A stretch of DNA of 41,239 nt from Acutalibacteraceae bacterium (GTDB taxonomy: Bacteria > Bacillota > Clostridia > Oscillospirales > Acutalibacteraceae). How positions within the stretch are numbered: position 1 is the stretch's first letter; each line of letters opens with the position of its first letter. This document shows positions 33,053 to 41,239 of the stretch, in pieces. The position numbers and the translations under genes were made by a program. The notes beneath the pieces were generated by a model that was given only the letters and a program-made list of their open reading frames with translations, searched no databases and was not told the DNA's origin. The DNA lies in the NCBI GenBank assembly GCA_045542295.1, contig JAZQKT010000007.1, positions 1 through 41,239 on the forward strand, written 5' to 3'.

Positions 33053-34450
33053 ATGTCCGAAAAAACACAGGCAGAGCTTTTAAAGGAAAAGCTTTTTAAT
33101 ACCAAAAAAAACGGCAGGCTTACTGCAAGTGATGAAGTTTTAGAAAAGGCTGACAGCTATTGTGAAGGTTATAAGGCATTTTTAGATGCCGCAAAAACCG
33201 AAAGAGAGGCTGTAAAAGTGGCTATTACTATGGCAGAAAAGGCAGGCTTTACTGAATTTTGCCGTAATAAAAAATATAGTAGCGGTGATAAGGTTTATAT
33301 TAATAACCGCGGCAAAGCGGTTGCCTTTGCGGTTATAGGTAAAGAGGCGGTGGAAAACGGAGTTAATATTACTGCGGCACACATCGATTCGCCCCGACTT
33401 GATTTAAAGCCAAATCCGTTATATGAGGAGCTTGAGTTAGCACTCTTTAAAACCCATTATTACGGCGGTATAAAGAAATATCAGTGGACGGCTGTTCCGT
33501 TGGCACTTCACGGCGTTTTTGCACTTAAGGACGGTACGATTAAAGAGGTTTCTATAGGTGAAAAGGACGATGAGCCTAAATTTGTTATAAATGATTTACT
33601 GCCCCACCTTGCGGCAGAGCAGAGCAAGCGTACACTTAATGAGGGAATAAAGGGTGAGGAGCTTAACGTGCTTGTAGGCAGTCATCCCTTTAAGAGCGAT
33701 AAGGGAAGTGAGCTTGTTAAGCTTAATATTTTAAAGCTTCTCAACGAAAAATACGGTGTTACCGAGGCGGATTTCTTATCTGCCGAGCTTGAGCTTGTTC
33801 CTGCTCTTCAGGCTTGCGATATAGGTTTTGACCGTTCACTTATCGGTGCTTACGGTCAGGATGACCGAGTTTGTGCGTATCCTGCACTAACGGCAATTTT
33901 AGATATTGCTTTACCCGAAAAAACCGCACTTGCAATTCTTGCCGATAAGGAAGAAATCGGCTCTATGGGAAATACGGGTCTTGAATCTGACTTCTTACGC
34001 TATATTATCGGCGATCTTGCAAAAATGCAGGGCGGTGACGCTACTGTGGCTTTAAGAAATTCTAAATGCCTTTCTGCTGATGTTAATGCCGGTACCGACC
34101 CCACCTTCCAGGATGTTATGGAAAGAAGAAATGCGTCCTTCCTTAATTACGGTGTTGTGGTTACAAAATACACCGGTGCCAGAGGAAAATCGGGCACATC
34201 GGATGCTTCTGCAGAGTTTGTGGCAAGTGTAAGAGGCTTGCTTGACGGGGCTGATATTGTTTGGCAATCGGGCGAGCTTGGTAAGGTTGATGCAGGCGGC
34301 GGCGGTACGGTTGCAATGTATATCGCTAACCTGGGTATAGATGTTGTTGATTTGGGTGTGCCTGTGCTTTCAATGCACGCTCCCTTTGAAACCACTGCAA
34401 AGTTTGATGTTTATATGTGCTACAAAGCAATGTATGAATTTATGAAATAA
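33053..34450 (+). CDS. M18-family aminopeptidase
   Basis: 465 aa. AAHIDSPRLDLKP, GQDDRVC, DKEEIGS and SMHAP motifs are characteristic of M18 (aspartyl/aminopeptidase I-like) enzymes. Confidence 0.8.
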   Translation: MSEKTQAELLKEKLFNTKKNGRLTASDEVLEKADSYCEGYKAFLDAAKTEREAVKVAITMAEKAGFTEFCRNKKYSSGDKVYINNRGKAVAFAVIGKEAVENGVNITAAHIDSPRLDLKPNPLYEELELALFKTHYYGGIKKYQWTAVPLALHGVFALKDGTIKEVSIGEKDDEPKFVINDLLPHLAAEQSKRTLNEGIKGEELNVLVGSHPFKSDKGSELVKLNILKLLNEKYGVTEADFLSAELELVPALQACDIGFDRSLIGAYGQDDRVCAYPALTAILDIALPEKTALAILADKEEIGSMGNTGLESDFLRYIIGDLAKMQGGDATVALRNSKCLSADVNAGTDPTFQDVMERRNASFLNYGVVVTKYTGARGKSGTSDASAEFVASVRGLLDGADIVWQSGELGKVDAGGGGTVAMYIANLGIDVVDLGVPVLSMHAPFETTAKFDVYMCYKAMYEFMK

Positions 34451-34463
34451 GCGTTTTAAAATT

Positions 34464-34501
34464 AAAAGAACCGAATTTCTTTAAAGAAATTCGGTTCTTT
34501 T
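34464..34501. terminator. Bidirectional terminator between the aminopeptidase gene and the his operon
   Basis: AAAAGAACCGAATTTCTTTAAAGAAATTCGGTTCTTTT: a 17-bp perfect palindromic stem with A and T runs on both sides. Confidence 0.85.
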
Positions 34502-34505
34502 GTTT

Positions 34506-35162
34506 CTATTTAGTGCCTGTCATTTTCTCTTGCTTTACCTTGTGGTCAATAACGTGACGTGAGGCAAGCTCCTTGCGTACATCCTCAAGACTTATTCCCA
34601 TTTCAACCATCATTACGGAAATGTGATAAGCAAGGTCAGCAATTTCGTAAACGGTTTCGGCCTTATCGTCCGCCTTGGCGGCAATTATAACCTCGGTTGA
34701 TTCTTCACCGATTTTTTTAAGTATTTTATCAATACCCTTTTGGAACAGATAGGTTGTATATGAGCCCTCGGGCAGCTCTGCCTTTCTTTCTTCTAAAAGC
34801 CCATAAAGGCTGTCCATTGAAAATTCATGGAGCTCATCGCTTTCGTAAACGGGTGCGGTAAAGCAGGAATCGGTACCTAAATGGCAAGCGGGACCGTCCT
34901 TTTCAACCACAACCACCAAGGCATCCTTGTCACAGTCGGCGGTGATTGATACAATGTGTTGGTAGTTGCCGCTGGTTTCGCCCTTAAGCCACAGCTCATT
35001 TCTTGAGCGGCTGTAAAAGCAGGTAAGCCCCTTTTCAATAGAAATCTTAAGGCTTTCCTCATTCATATAAGCCAGGGTTAGCACCTTTTTTGTTATGTTA
35101 TCCACAACAACTGCAGGGATAAGACCGTTTTTATCAAATTTAAGCTCATTAATATTAATCAT
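34506..35162 (-). CDS. hisI: Bifunctional phosphoribosyl-AMP cyclohydrolase / phosphoribosyl-ATP pyrophosphatase HisIE
   Basis: The HisI region ([17 protein letters not shown]..., DCDKDAL, CHLG..SCF) is followed by the HisE region (LEERK...SYT..L, EE..E). The ATG at 35162 after AGGTGA is preferred to the GTG at 35171. Confidence 0.9.
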   Translation of the reverse strand: MININELKFDKNGLIPAVVVDNITKKVLTLAYMNEESLKISIEKGLTCFYSRSRNELWLKGETSGNYQHIVSITADCDKDALVVVVEKDGPACHLGTDSCFTAPVYESDELHEFSMDSLYGLLEERKAELPEGSYTTYLFQKGIDKILKKIGEESTEVIIAAKADDKAETVYEIADLAYHISVMMVEMGISLEDVRKELASRHVIDHKVKQEKMTGTK

Positions 35163-35171
35163 TACTGTCAC

Positions 35172-35930
35172 CTATAACCTTACTGTAATATTATTGTTTT
35201 TAAGTGTTTTCTTAAGGTCTGATATTTTAACCTCGCCAAAGTGGAAGATTGATGCGGCAAGTCCGGCATCAATATCGGGAATTTCTTTGAAAAGTGTCAC
35301 AAAATCTGCTTCCCCGCCGGCACCGCCGGAGGCTATAACCGGCACGTTAACCGCCTCGCACACGAGTTTTAGAAGCTCAATGTCAAAGCCTTTTTTAACA
35401 CCGTCGGTATCGATTGAATTTACAACAACCTCACCTGCTCCGTTCCCAACACAGCGCTTTATCCAGGAAATGGCTTCTAACCCTGTGTCTTCACGTCCGC
35501 CCTTTGCAAACACACGAAATTCACCGTCAACACGTTTTATGTCTGAAGAAATTACTACGCATTGGTTGCCGTATTTTTGAGCAGCCTCTTTTATCAAATC
35601 GGGGTTTTTAATAGCACCCGAATTAACGCTCACCTTGTCTGCACCGCATTTCAGCACTCGGTCAAAATCATCAATGGTATTAATTCCGCCGCCAACCGTT
35701 AAGGGGATAAAAATGTTTTGTGCCACCTCGGTTAAAATATCGGTAAAGAGCTTTCTGCCGTCACTCGAAGCGGTGATGTCATAAAAAACAAGTTCATCTG
35801 CACCGCAGTCGCTGTAATACTTTCCAAGCTCAACAGGAGAGGAAACGTCATTAAGGTTTGAAAAATTCACACCCTTTACAACACGTCCGTTTTTAACATC
35901 AAGGCAGGGGATAATTCTTTTGGTAATCAT
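35172..35930 (-). CDS. hisF: Imidazole glycerol phosphate synthase cyclase subunit HisF
   Basis: KRIIPCLDVKNGRVVKG, TVGGGI, and ASGGAG near the C-terminus. Confidence 0.95.
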   Translation of the reverse strand: MITKRIIPCLDVKNGRVVKGVNFSNLNDVSSPVELGKYYSDCGADELVFYDITASSDGRKLFTDILTEVAQNIFIPLTVGGGINTIDDFDRVLKCGADKVSVNSGAIKNPDLIKEAAQKYGNQCVVISSDIKRVDGEFRVFAKGGREDTGLEAISWIKRCVGNGAGEVVVNSIDTDGVKKGFDIELLKLVCEAVNVPVIASGGAGGEADFVTLFKEIPDIDAGLAASIFHFGEVKISDLKKTLKNNNITVRL

Positions 35931-36640
35931 TTTGCCGCCTCCAATGCTTCCTTTAAATCAATAGCTCCGATATAATAAGCCTTACCTATAATCGCACCGT
36001 ATAAATCAAGCTTTCTTAATGCCTTTATATCATCAATGCTCGATACACCGCCCGAAGCGGTAATATCAATGCTGAACCTTTGGGACAGCTCCCTATAAAG
36101 CTCACGGTTAGTGCCTTGCATTGCACCGTCCTTTGAAATATCTGTGCAAATAATGGTCTTAACGCCGATACTTTGCATTTTTCGGCAGAATTCGTTGCAG
36201 GAATATTCGGATTTTTCGGTCCAGCCCTTAATTGCAACAAATCCATCCTTAATATCCACGCCAACGGCTATTTTTTCACCGTACAGTGCTATGGCTTGCT
36301 TTAAAAATGCCTCATCATTTACTGCGGCAGTGCCCAAAATCACACGGTCAACACCGTTTTCAAGGTATGCTTTGACCGTCTCTATTGAACGGATACCACC
36401 GCCGATTTCAGTGAAAAGGGTTGTTTCGTTGGCTATTTGCTTTACAATATTAAGGTTTGGTGTTGTGCCGTCCTTTGCACCCTCTAAATCCACGATATGG
36501 ATATACCTGGCACCCAGTTTTTCAAAATCACGTGCTATTTCTATTGGATTTTCGCTATAAACGGTCATATTGCTGTAGTCACCCTTATAAAGGCGAACAG
36601 CCTTGCCGTCATATAAATCTATTGCAGGAAAAAGCTTCAT
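35927..36640 (-). CDS. hisA: ProFAR isomerase HisA
   Basis: FPAIDLYDGKAVRL, VDLEGA and GGGIRS motifs. 4-nt overlap with hisF. Confidence 0.95.
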   Translation of the reverse strand: MKLFPAIDLYDGKAVRLYKGDYSNMTVYSENPIEIARDFEKLGARYIHIVDLEGAKDGTTPNLNIVKQIANETTLFTEIGGGIRSIETVKAYLENGVDRVILGTAAVNDEAFLKQAIALYGEKIAVGVDIKDGFVAIKGWTEKSEYSCNEFCRKMQSIGVKTIICTDISKDGAMQGTNRELYRELSQRFSIDITASGGVSSIDDIKALRKLDLYGAIIGKAYYIGAIDLKEALEAAK

Positions 36641-36643
36641 ATT

Positions 36644-37255
36644 TTACTCCGTTTCACAAAATGCTTTTAAAATGTTAAGTCCCACATTGCCGCTCTTTTC
36701 GGGGTGGAATTGGCAACCGTAAACATTGCCGCTTGCAACTGCTGCAGTAAGCTCCTTACCGTATTCGGCGGTGGCTAAAGTTGAAGACTCACAGCCTTCG
36801 GCATAAAAGGAATGAACAAAATAAACGCAATCACCGTTTTTTATGTATTTAAAGAGCGGATTTTTTTGTTTAAATATTAACGCATTCCAGCCAATGTGCG
36901 GAATCTTCAAGTTTTTGGGGATACTGCCCTCCATTGGCACAACAGCGCCCTTTATAAGCCCTAACCCCGAATGCTCACCGTATTCAAGGCTTTTTTCAAA
37001 AAGCATCTGCATTCCAAGGCAAATTCCCATAATCGGTTTACCTTTGTTTGCCTCATCAATGATTACCTTATCAAGTCCTGTTAATCGGAGCTTGTTTATG
37101 GCATCGCCAAAAGCACCAACACCCGGTAAAATCAGCTTGTCGGCTTTTTTTATCACATCGGGGTCGCCCGTAATTACAGTATCGGCACCAATTGCTTTAA
37201 AGGATGATGAAAGCGAAAATAAATTGCCAACGCCGTAGTCAATAATTGCTATCAT
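36644..37255 (-). CDS. hisH: Imidazole glycerol phosphate synthase glutaminase subunit HisH
   Basis: IAIIDYGVGNL, catalytic Cys in GICLGMQ, and FHPEKS. Confidence 0.95.
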   Translation of the reverse strand: MIAIIDYGVGNLFSLSSSFKAIGADTVITGDPDVIKKADKLILPGVGAFGDAINKLRLTGLDKVIIDEANKGKPIMGICLGMQMLFEKSLEYGEHSGLGLIKGAVVPMEGSIPKNLKIPHIGWNALIFKQKNPLFKYIKNGDCVYFVHSFYAEGCESSTLATAEYGKELTAAVASGNVYGCQFHPEKSGNVGLNILKAFCETE

Positions 37256-37842
37256 TATAAAACTCCTTTGGTTGAGGGGATTTCGTCCTTAAATTCGGGG
37301 TCAATTGCAGTAGCCGCTTTTAGTGAGCGTGCAACCGATTTAAAAGCACCCTCAATAATGTGGTGTGAATTACTGCCGCTTATCTGATTAATGTGCAGAG
37401 TTATATTTGCGTGGCGCACAAGACTTATGAAAAATTCCTCGGTAAGCTCGGTATCAAAATCCCCCACTCTTTGTGATGGAATTTTAAGCCCGTAAGCCAG
37501 GTGGCTTCTGCCGGAAATATCAACCGCAGAAAGAATAAGGGTTTCGTCCATCGGGAGTAAAAAGCTTCCGTAACGGATAATGCCCTTCATATCGCCGAGA
37601 GCGGTTTTTAAAGCATCACCAAAAACAATACCGATGTCTTCAACCGTATGATGGTAGTCAACAAAGGTGTCACCCTTGCACTCAACCTCAAGGTCAAAGC
37701 GTGCGTGGCGGGCAAGAAGGGTTAGCATATGGTCCAAAAAACCGCAGCCCGAATTTATTTTCGAGTCACCCTTACCGTCAATATTAAGCTTTAATTTAAT
37801 ATCTGTTTCGTTGGTTTTGCGGTTAATTTCTGCTATTCTCAT
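37255..37842 (-). CDS. hisB: Imidazoleglycerol-phosphate dehydratase HisB
   Basis: RKTNETDI, DYHHTVED and SGSNSHHIIEG motifs. TAATG overlap with hisH. Confidence 0.95.
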   Translation of the reverse strand: MRIAEINRKTNETDIKLKLNIDGKGDSKINSGCGFLDHMLTLLARHARFDLEVECKGDTFVDYHHTVEDIGIVFGDALKTALGDMKGIIRYGSFLLPMDETLILSAVDISGRSHLAYGLKIPSQRVGDFDTELTEEFFISLVRHANITLHINQISGSNSHHIIEGAFKSVARSLKAATAIDPEFKDEIPSTKGVL

Positions 37843-37863
37843 AAAGTTTCTCCTTTTGAAATT

Positions 37864-38409
37864 TTACTGCCTGTAGGCAATGAATTTTGGAAGCTCATCG
37901 GGCGAGCCCACCTGAATTACCAATAAATCTTCAACATAAAAGACCGATAGCTCGTCATACCTGCCGTCAAGCTTAAAGGTTATTATATTTTCATAATCGT
38001 TTCCAAGATACCTTTTGTTGCTGACAACAGCCTTTTTGTCGGCAATAAGAGCTTTTATATCAATGTTATTGGGGTTATCGGTAATTTCTGCATTTTCAAT
38101 CCAGTTTTTAATATATTCCTCTTCAAGAACAAACTGTGTTTTTCTGAAATCACCGTCTGTATATTCAAGCTCAAGCAGATAGAAGAACAGGAAATTTTTA
38201 ACATCAAAGCTTTTTATTGAGATATCTCTTTTTTGATTATAAAAATACAACTCGTTGTAGGAAGCATTGTCTTCAAATTCGCTTAAGTCATCACTGTAGC
38301 GGCATACAAACAGTTTATCTGCTGTTTTTATTTCTATGTGCGGATAAGCAATTAAACCAATAACAATAATTATTAAAGCGATAATTAAAAATATAAGAGA
38401 TTTTTTCAT
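37864..38409 (-). CDS. Hypothetical membrane-anchored protein embedded in the his operon
   Basis: N-terminal TM anchor MKKSLIFLIIALIIIVIGLIAY. The remainder is rich in Asp/Glu/Asn/Tyr/Phe/Ile/Lys. Starts 1 nt after the hisC stop and ends 21 nt before hisB. No family recognised. Confidence 0.55.
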   Translation of the reverse strand: MKKSLIFLIIALIIIVIGLIAYPHIEIKTADKLFVCRYSDDLSEFEDNASYNELYFYNQKRDISIKSFDVKNFLFFYLLELEYTDGDFRKTQFVLEEEYIKNWIENAEITDNPNNIDIKALIADKKAVVSNKRYLGNDYENIITFKLDGRYDELSVFYVEDLLVIQVGSPDELPKFIAYRQ

Positions 38410-38410
38410 A

Positions 38411-39475
38411 CTAAAGACTCATCTCGTCAAATATTTTTTTAACTGCTTTTATAAAAGCTTCCATTTCTTCGCGGCTGCCAATTGTGATGCGGTTGTATTC
38501 ATTTATCCTCGGCTTTTCAAAATGGCGGATTAAAATACCGTTTTCTTTGAGCCTTTGGTAAAGCGCTTTGCCGTTAATTTTATCGCTTTTGGCAAAAACG
38601 AAATTTGCCTTTGATGGCAGAACCGTAAAGCCCATCCCTTCAAGCTCTTTTACAGTATAGTCGCGGTTTTCGATTATTTTTTTGCAGTTAAGCATATAAT
38701 AATCGTTTTCCTCAATCGCTTTTACTCCTGCTACCTGTGTTAAGCGGTTAATGTTGTAAGGATTGGTAGAATATTTGATTTTTTCAAGGTCAGCAATAAG
38801 CTCACTGCTTCCTATTGCAAAGCCAAGCCTTGCGCCGGCCATACTGCGTGACTTTGAAAAGGTACAAACACACAAAAGATTGTCATATTTTTTGGTAAGC
38901 TCGGCACAGGATGTACCGCCGAAATCAACGTAAGCCTCATCAATAAGAACAACGCTGTTTTTATTTGAGGCAACTATTTTTTCAATCTCCTCTAAAGAGA
39001 GCGCAATTCCCGTGGGGGCATTGGGGTTTGCAATTACCACCAATCTATTTTGACCGCAAAAGCGCTCTGTGTCAATAGTAAAATCGTCTCTTAAGGGTAT
39101 AATTTCGGGTTTTATGCCGTAAAGCTCGGCAAAAACGCTGTAAAAGCCATAAGTAATGTCTGCAAAGGCGGCACCGCCGCTTCCGTAAGCCATAAAGCTG
39201 AAATTCAAAATATCGTCCGAACCGTTTGAAAGGAAAATATTTTCGGGCGCTACATTATAGCAGTCAGCCAACGCATAACGCAGTTTTTTACATTCCGGGT
39301 CACAGTAAAGGCGCAAATCCCTTATTTCGGTCTCATTTATAGCCTTTATAACTCCGTCTGAAGGGGGAAAGGGTGACTCGTTTGTATTAAGCTTTATATA
39401 TTTTTTATCCTGCGGTTGCTCACCGGGGGTGTAGCTTTCCAGTTTTTGCAGGCTCTCGCTTAAAAATCTGCTCAT
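38411..39475 (-). CDS. hisC: Histidinol-phosphate aminotransferase HisC
   Basis: LNTNESP, NPNAPTG and the PLP-Lys motif TFSKSRSMAGARLGF. Confidence 0.9.
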   Translation of the reverse strand: MSRFLSESLQKLESYTPGEQPQDKKYIKLNTNESPFPPSDGVIKAINETEIRDLRLYCDPECKKLRYALADCYNVAPENIFLSNGSDDILNFSFMAYGSGGAAFADITYGFYSVFAELYGIKPEIIPLRDDFTIDTERFCGQNRLVVIANPNAPTGIALSLEEIEKIVASNKNSVVLIDEAYVDFGGTSCAELTKKYDNLLCVCTFSKSRSMAGARLGFAIGSSELIADLEKIKYSTNPYNINRLTQVAGVKAIEENDYYMLNCKKIIENRDYTVKELEGMGFTVLPSKANFVFAKSDKINGKALYQRLKENGILIRHFEKPRINEYNRITIGSREEMEAFIKAVKKIFDEMSL

Positions 39476-40758
39476 TATTTTGCCTCGTCCTTAAATCTTA
39501 TTGTAGCACTTCTTGCGTGGGCGGAAAGTCCCTCTTTTTCTGCAAAAAAGGCAACGTCCTCTGCAACTCGGTTTAGTGCTTCCTTTGTGTAATAGGTGTA
39601 CTGTGATTTTTTAACAAAATCATCAACCGACAAAGGACTTGAAAATCTTGCTGTACCCGATGTCGGCAGGGTGTGATTAGGTCCTGCATAATAGTCACCC
39701 AAAGACTCGGGGCAGTAGCGACCCATAAAAATACTGCCTGCGTTTTTGATTTTATCAAGGTAATCAAAGGGGTTATCAACGCAAAGTTCCAAATGCTCGG
39801 GAGCTATTTCGTTTGAAACGGCAATAACGTCACTAATATCGTCTGCCACTATTATTTTGCCGTTTGAATCAATTGAAGCTCTTGCGATTTCTTCGCGGGG
39901 AAGCTCTTTTAACTGTTTCTCAATTTCCTCGCTAACCTTTTTTGCAAGCTCCATACTGTCGGTCACAAGCACAGCACTGGCCATTTTATCGTGCTCTGCC
40001 TGGGATAAAAGGTCAGCCGCTACAAAGCGGGGGTCACTTTTTGAGTCAGCAATTACTAAAATCTCGCTGGGGCCCGCTATCATATCAATAGATACCAAAC
40101 CAAAAACCTGACGTTTAGCCTCTGCCACGAAAGCGTTGCCGGGGCCTACAATTTTATCAACCTTGGGTATGGTTTCTGTACCGTAGCTAAGTGCGGCTAT
40201 AGCCTGCGCTCCGCCCACCTTAAAAATGCGGTTAACGCCTGCAATTTTAGCTGCTGCCAATATTACGGGGTTTACTTTGCCGTCAGCCGAAGGGGGAGTG
40301 GTTATGCAAATTTCGTCACAGCCTGCAATTTTTGCAGGAATACTGTCCATAAGCACGGTAGAGGGGTATGCCGCAGTGCCGCCCGGAACATAAAGACCAA
40401 CCTTTTCAATAGGTGTAACCTTTTGACCGGTTACAATACCGTCCTGCTCGTTTATAATAAAGCTATTACGAACCTGTTTTTTATGAAAGTTGCGGATATT
40501 TTCTGCCGCCTTTTCAAGTATTTCAATAAAACGGGGCTCAACCGTTTTAAAGGCTTCTTCAATTTCCTCTGCGCTTACTTCTAAAGAGGTAAGCTTGGCT
40601 TTATCAAATTTTTCACAATATTCAAAAAGCGCTTTATCACCGTTTTGCTTAACGTTTTCTATTATATCAGTTACAATGTCACCAACATCAAAGGAGGTTT
40701 TGCCTCTTGCGAAGATTTCCTTGGGTGAAACCTCACCGTATTTCATAATTTTAATCAT
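39475..40758 (-). CDS. hisD: Histidinol dehydrogenase HisD
   Basis: VPGGTAAYPSTVLM, GPGNAFV, SQAEHD and APEHLEL motifs. Confidence 0.95.
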   Translation of the reverse strand: MIKIMKYGEVSPKEIFARGKTSFDVGDIVTDIIENVKQNGDKALFEYCEKFDKAKLTSLEVSAEEIEEAFKTVEPRFIEILEKAAENIRNFHKKQVRNSFIINEQDGIVTGQKVTPIEKVGLYVPGGTAAYPSTVLMDSIPAKIAGCDEICITTPPSADGKVNPVILAAAKIAGVNRIFKVGGAQAIAALSYGTETIPKVDKIVGPGNAFVAEAKRQVFGLVSIDMIAGPSEILVIADSKSDPRFVAADLLSQAEHDKMASAVLVTDSMELAKKVSEEIEKQLKELPREEIARASIDSNGKIIVADDISDVIAVSNEIAPEHLELCVDNPFDYLDKIKNAGSIFMGRYCPESLGDYYAGPNHTLPTSGTARFSSPLSVDDFVKKSQYTYYTKEALNRVAEDVAFFAEKEGLSAHARSATIRFKDEAK

Positions 40759-41239
40759 TTTTCTGCACCTCTGTCAGGAGTCCTTTTTTAATTTGTTCAA
40801 TTCTTTCGGTTTTGAAGCCGAAGGAAGCTTTGTTTGAAATTAGCCTTGCGCTTATGGGAACAATGGTCTCAAACGGGGCAAGGTCGTTTTCAAGCAGAGT
40901 TTTTCCTGTTTCAACTATATCCACAATTACGTCCGACAAATCAAGTATCGGAGCGATTTCTATTGAGCCGTTAAGGTGAATAATATCAATGTCACGGCAT
41001 TTTTTAGCGTAGTAGCTTTTAGCTATATTGGAAAACTTTGTTGCAACACGCAGGGTTTTTGAGGTGTCATCACAAAAATCCTTTTTAGCCGCCACAGCCA
41101 TTCGGCACTTGCCGATATTAAGGTCTAAAAGCTCATATACATCGGGCGAGTATTCAAGCAAAATATCCTTACCTGCAACGCCGATATCTGCGGCGCCGCG
41201 CTCAACATAAATTGCAACGTCCGAGGGTTTTACCCAGAA
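40751..41239 (-). CDS. hisG: ATP phosphoribosyltransferase HisG (5' end beyond the window edge)
   Basis: The minus-strand frame remains open to nt 41239 (FWVKPSDVAIYVERGAADIGVAGKDILLEYSPDVYELLDL...). HisG motifs are present. The short-form C-terminus suggests a HisZ-dependent enzyme. Confidence 0.9.
   Translation of the reverse strand, partial: FWVKPSDVAIYVERGAADIGVAGKDILLEYSPDVYELLDLNIGKCRMAVAAKKDFCDDTSKTLRVATKFSNIAKSYYAKKCRDIDIIHLNGSIEIAPILDLSDVIVDIVETGKTLLENDLAPFETIVPISARLISNKASFGFKTERIEQIKKGLLTEVQKND

Noticed and set aside
1-41239. I scanned the whole window for CRISPR arrays, tRNA/rRNA genes, prophage modules, toxin-antitoxin pairs and known defence-system hallmarks.
   Set aside because: No spaced direct repeats and no cloverleaf-compatible or rRNA-like segments occur in the intergenic regions. 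No phage structural, integrase or defence-type ATPase/nuclease ORFs were recognisable.

Overview
This 41.2-kb window is from a Firmicutes/Clostridia-type chromosome, judged by gene content and order: rpsF-ssb-rpsR, ftsE-ftsX-M23 peptidase, phoH-ybeY-era-recO-mutS2, prfA-sua5 and a hisG-D-C-B-H-A-F-IE operon. Most of it is housekeeping. I found no rRNA, tRNA, CRISPR array, prophage or recognisable defence system. The stand-out locus is a tightly coupled four-gene operon at 13211-17094. It encodes a radical SAM/SPASM enzyme (583 aa, with a ~225-aa C-terminal extension I cannot assign), then a 125-aa ORF ending in GGCGCGCSS-(Asn)20-Gly, then a minimal 6-TM voltage-sensor-type K+ channel (TVGYGD filter), then a second radical SAM/SPASM enzyme (346 aa). 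A strong terminator closes the operon. It looks like a peptide- or protein-modification (RiPP-like) system with an ion channel as an obligate operon partner, and I cannot match that to any described family. Secondary observations follow. A RAYT-like Y1 transposase gene carries a 29-nt GC-rich hairpin element twice, in inverted orientation, inside its own coding sequence, bracketing the HUH-motif segment. A ~225-240-bp direct duplication of the transposase/GGGtGRT convergent junction flanks a lipoprotein gene and left reciprocal gene remnants. There is a GGGtGRT/NifU-like gene pair of unknown function. An Ala-specifier (GCU) T-box leader precedes an Lrp/AsnC regulator plus aminotransferase (alaR-alaT-like) operon. 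Sua5/TsaC and CoaE are fused in one ORF. An orphan membrane-anchored ORF sits between hisC and hisB. All product calls come from motif recognition in the supplied translations; no database search was possible.
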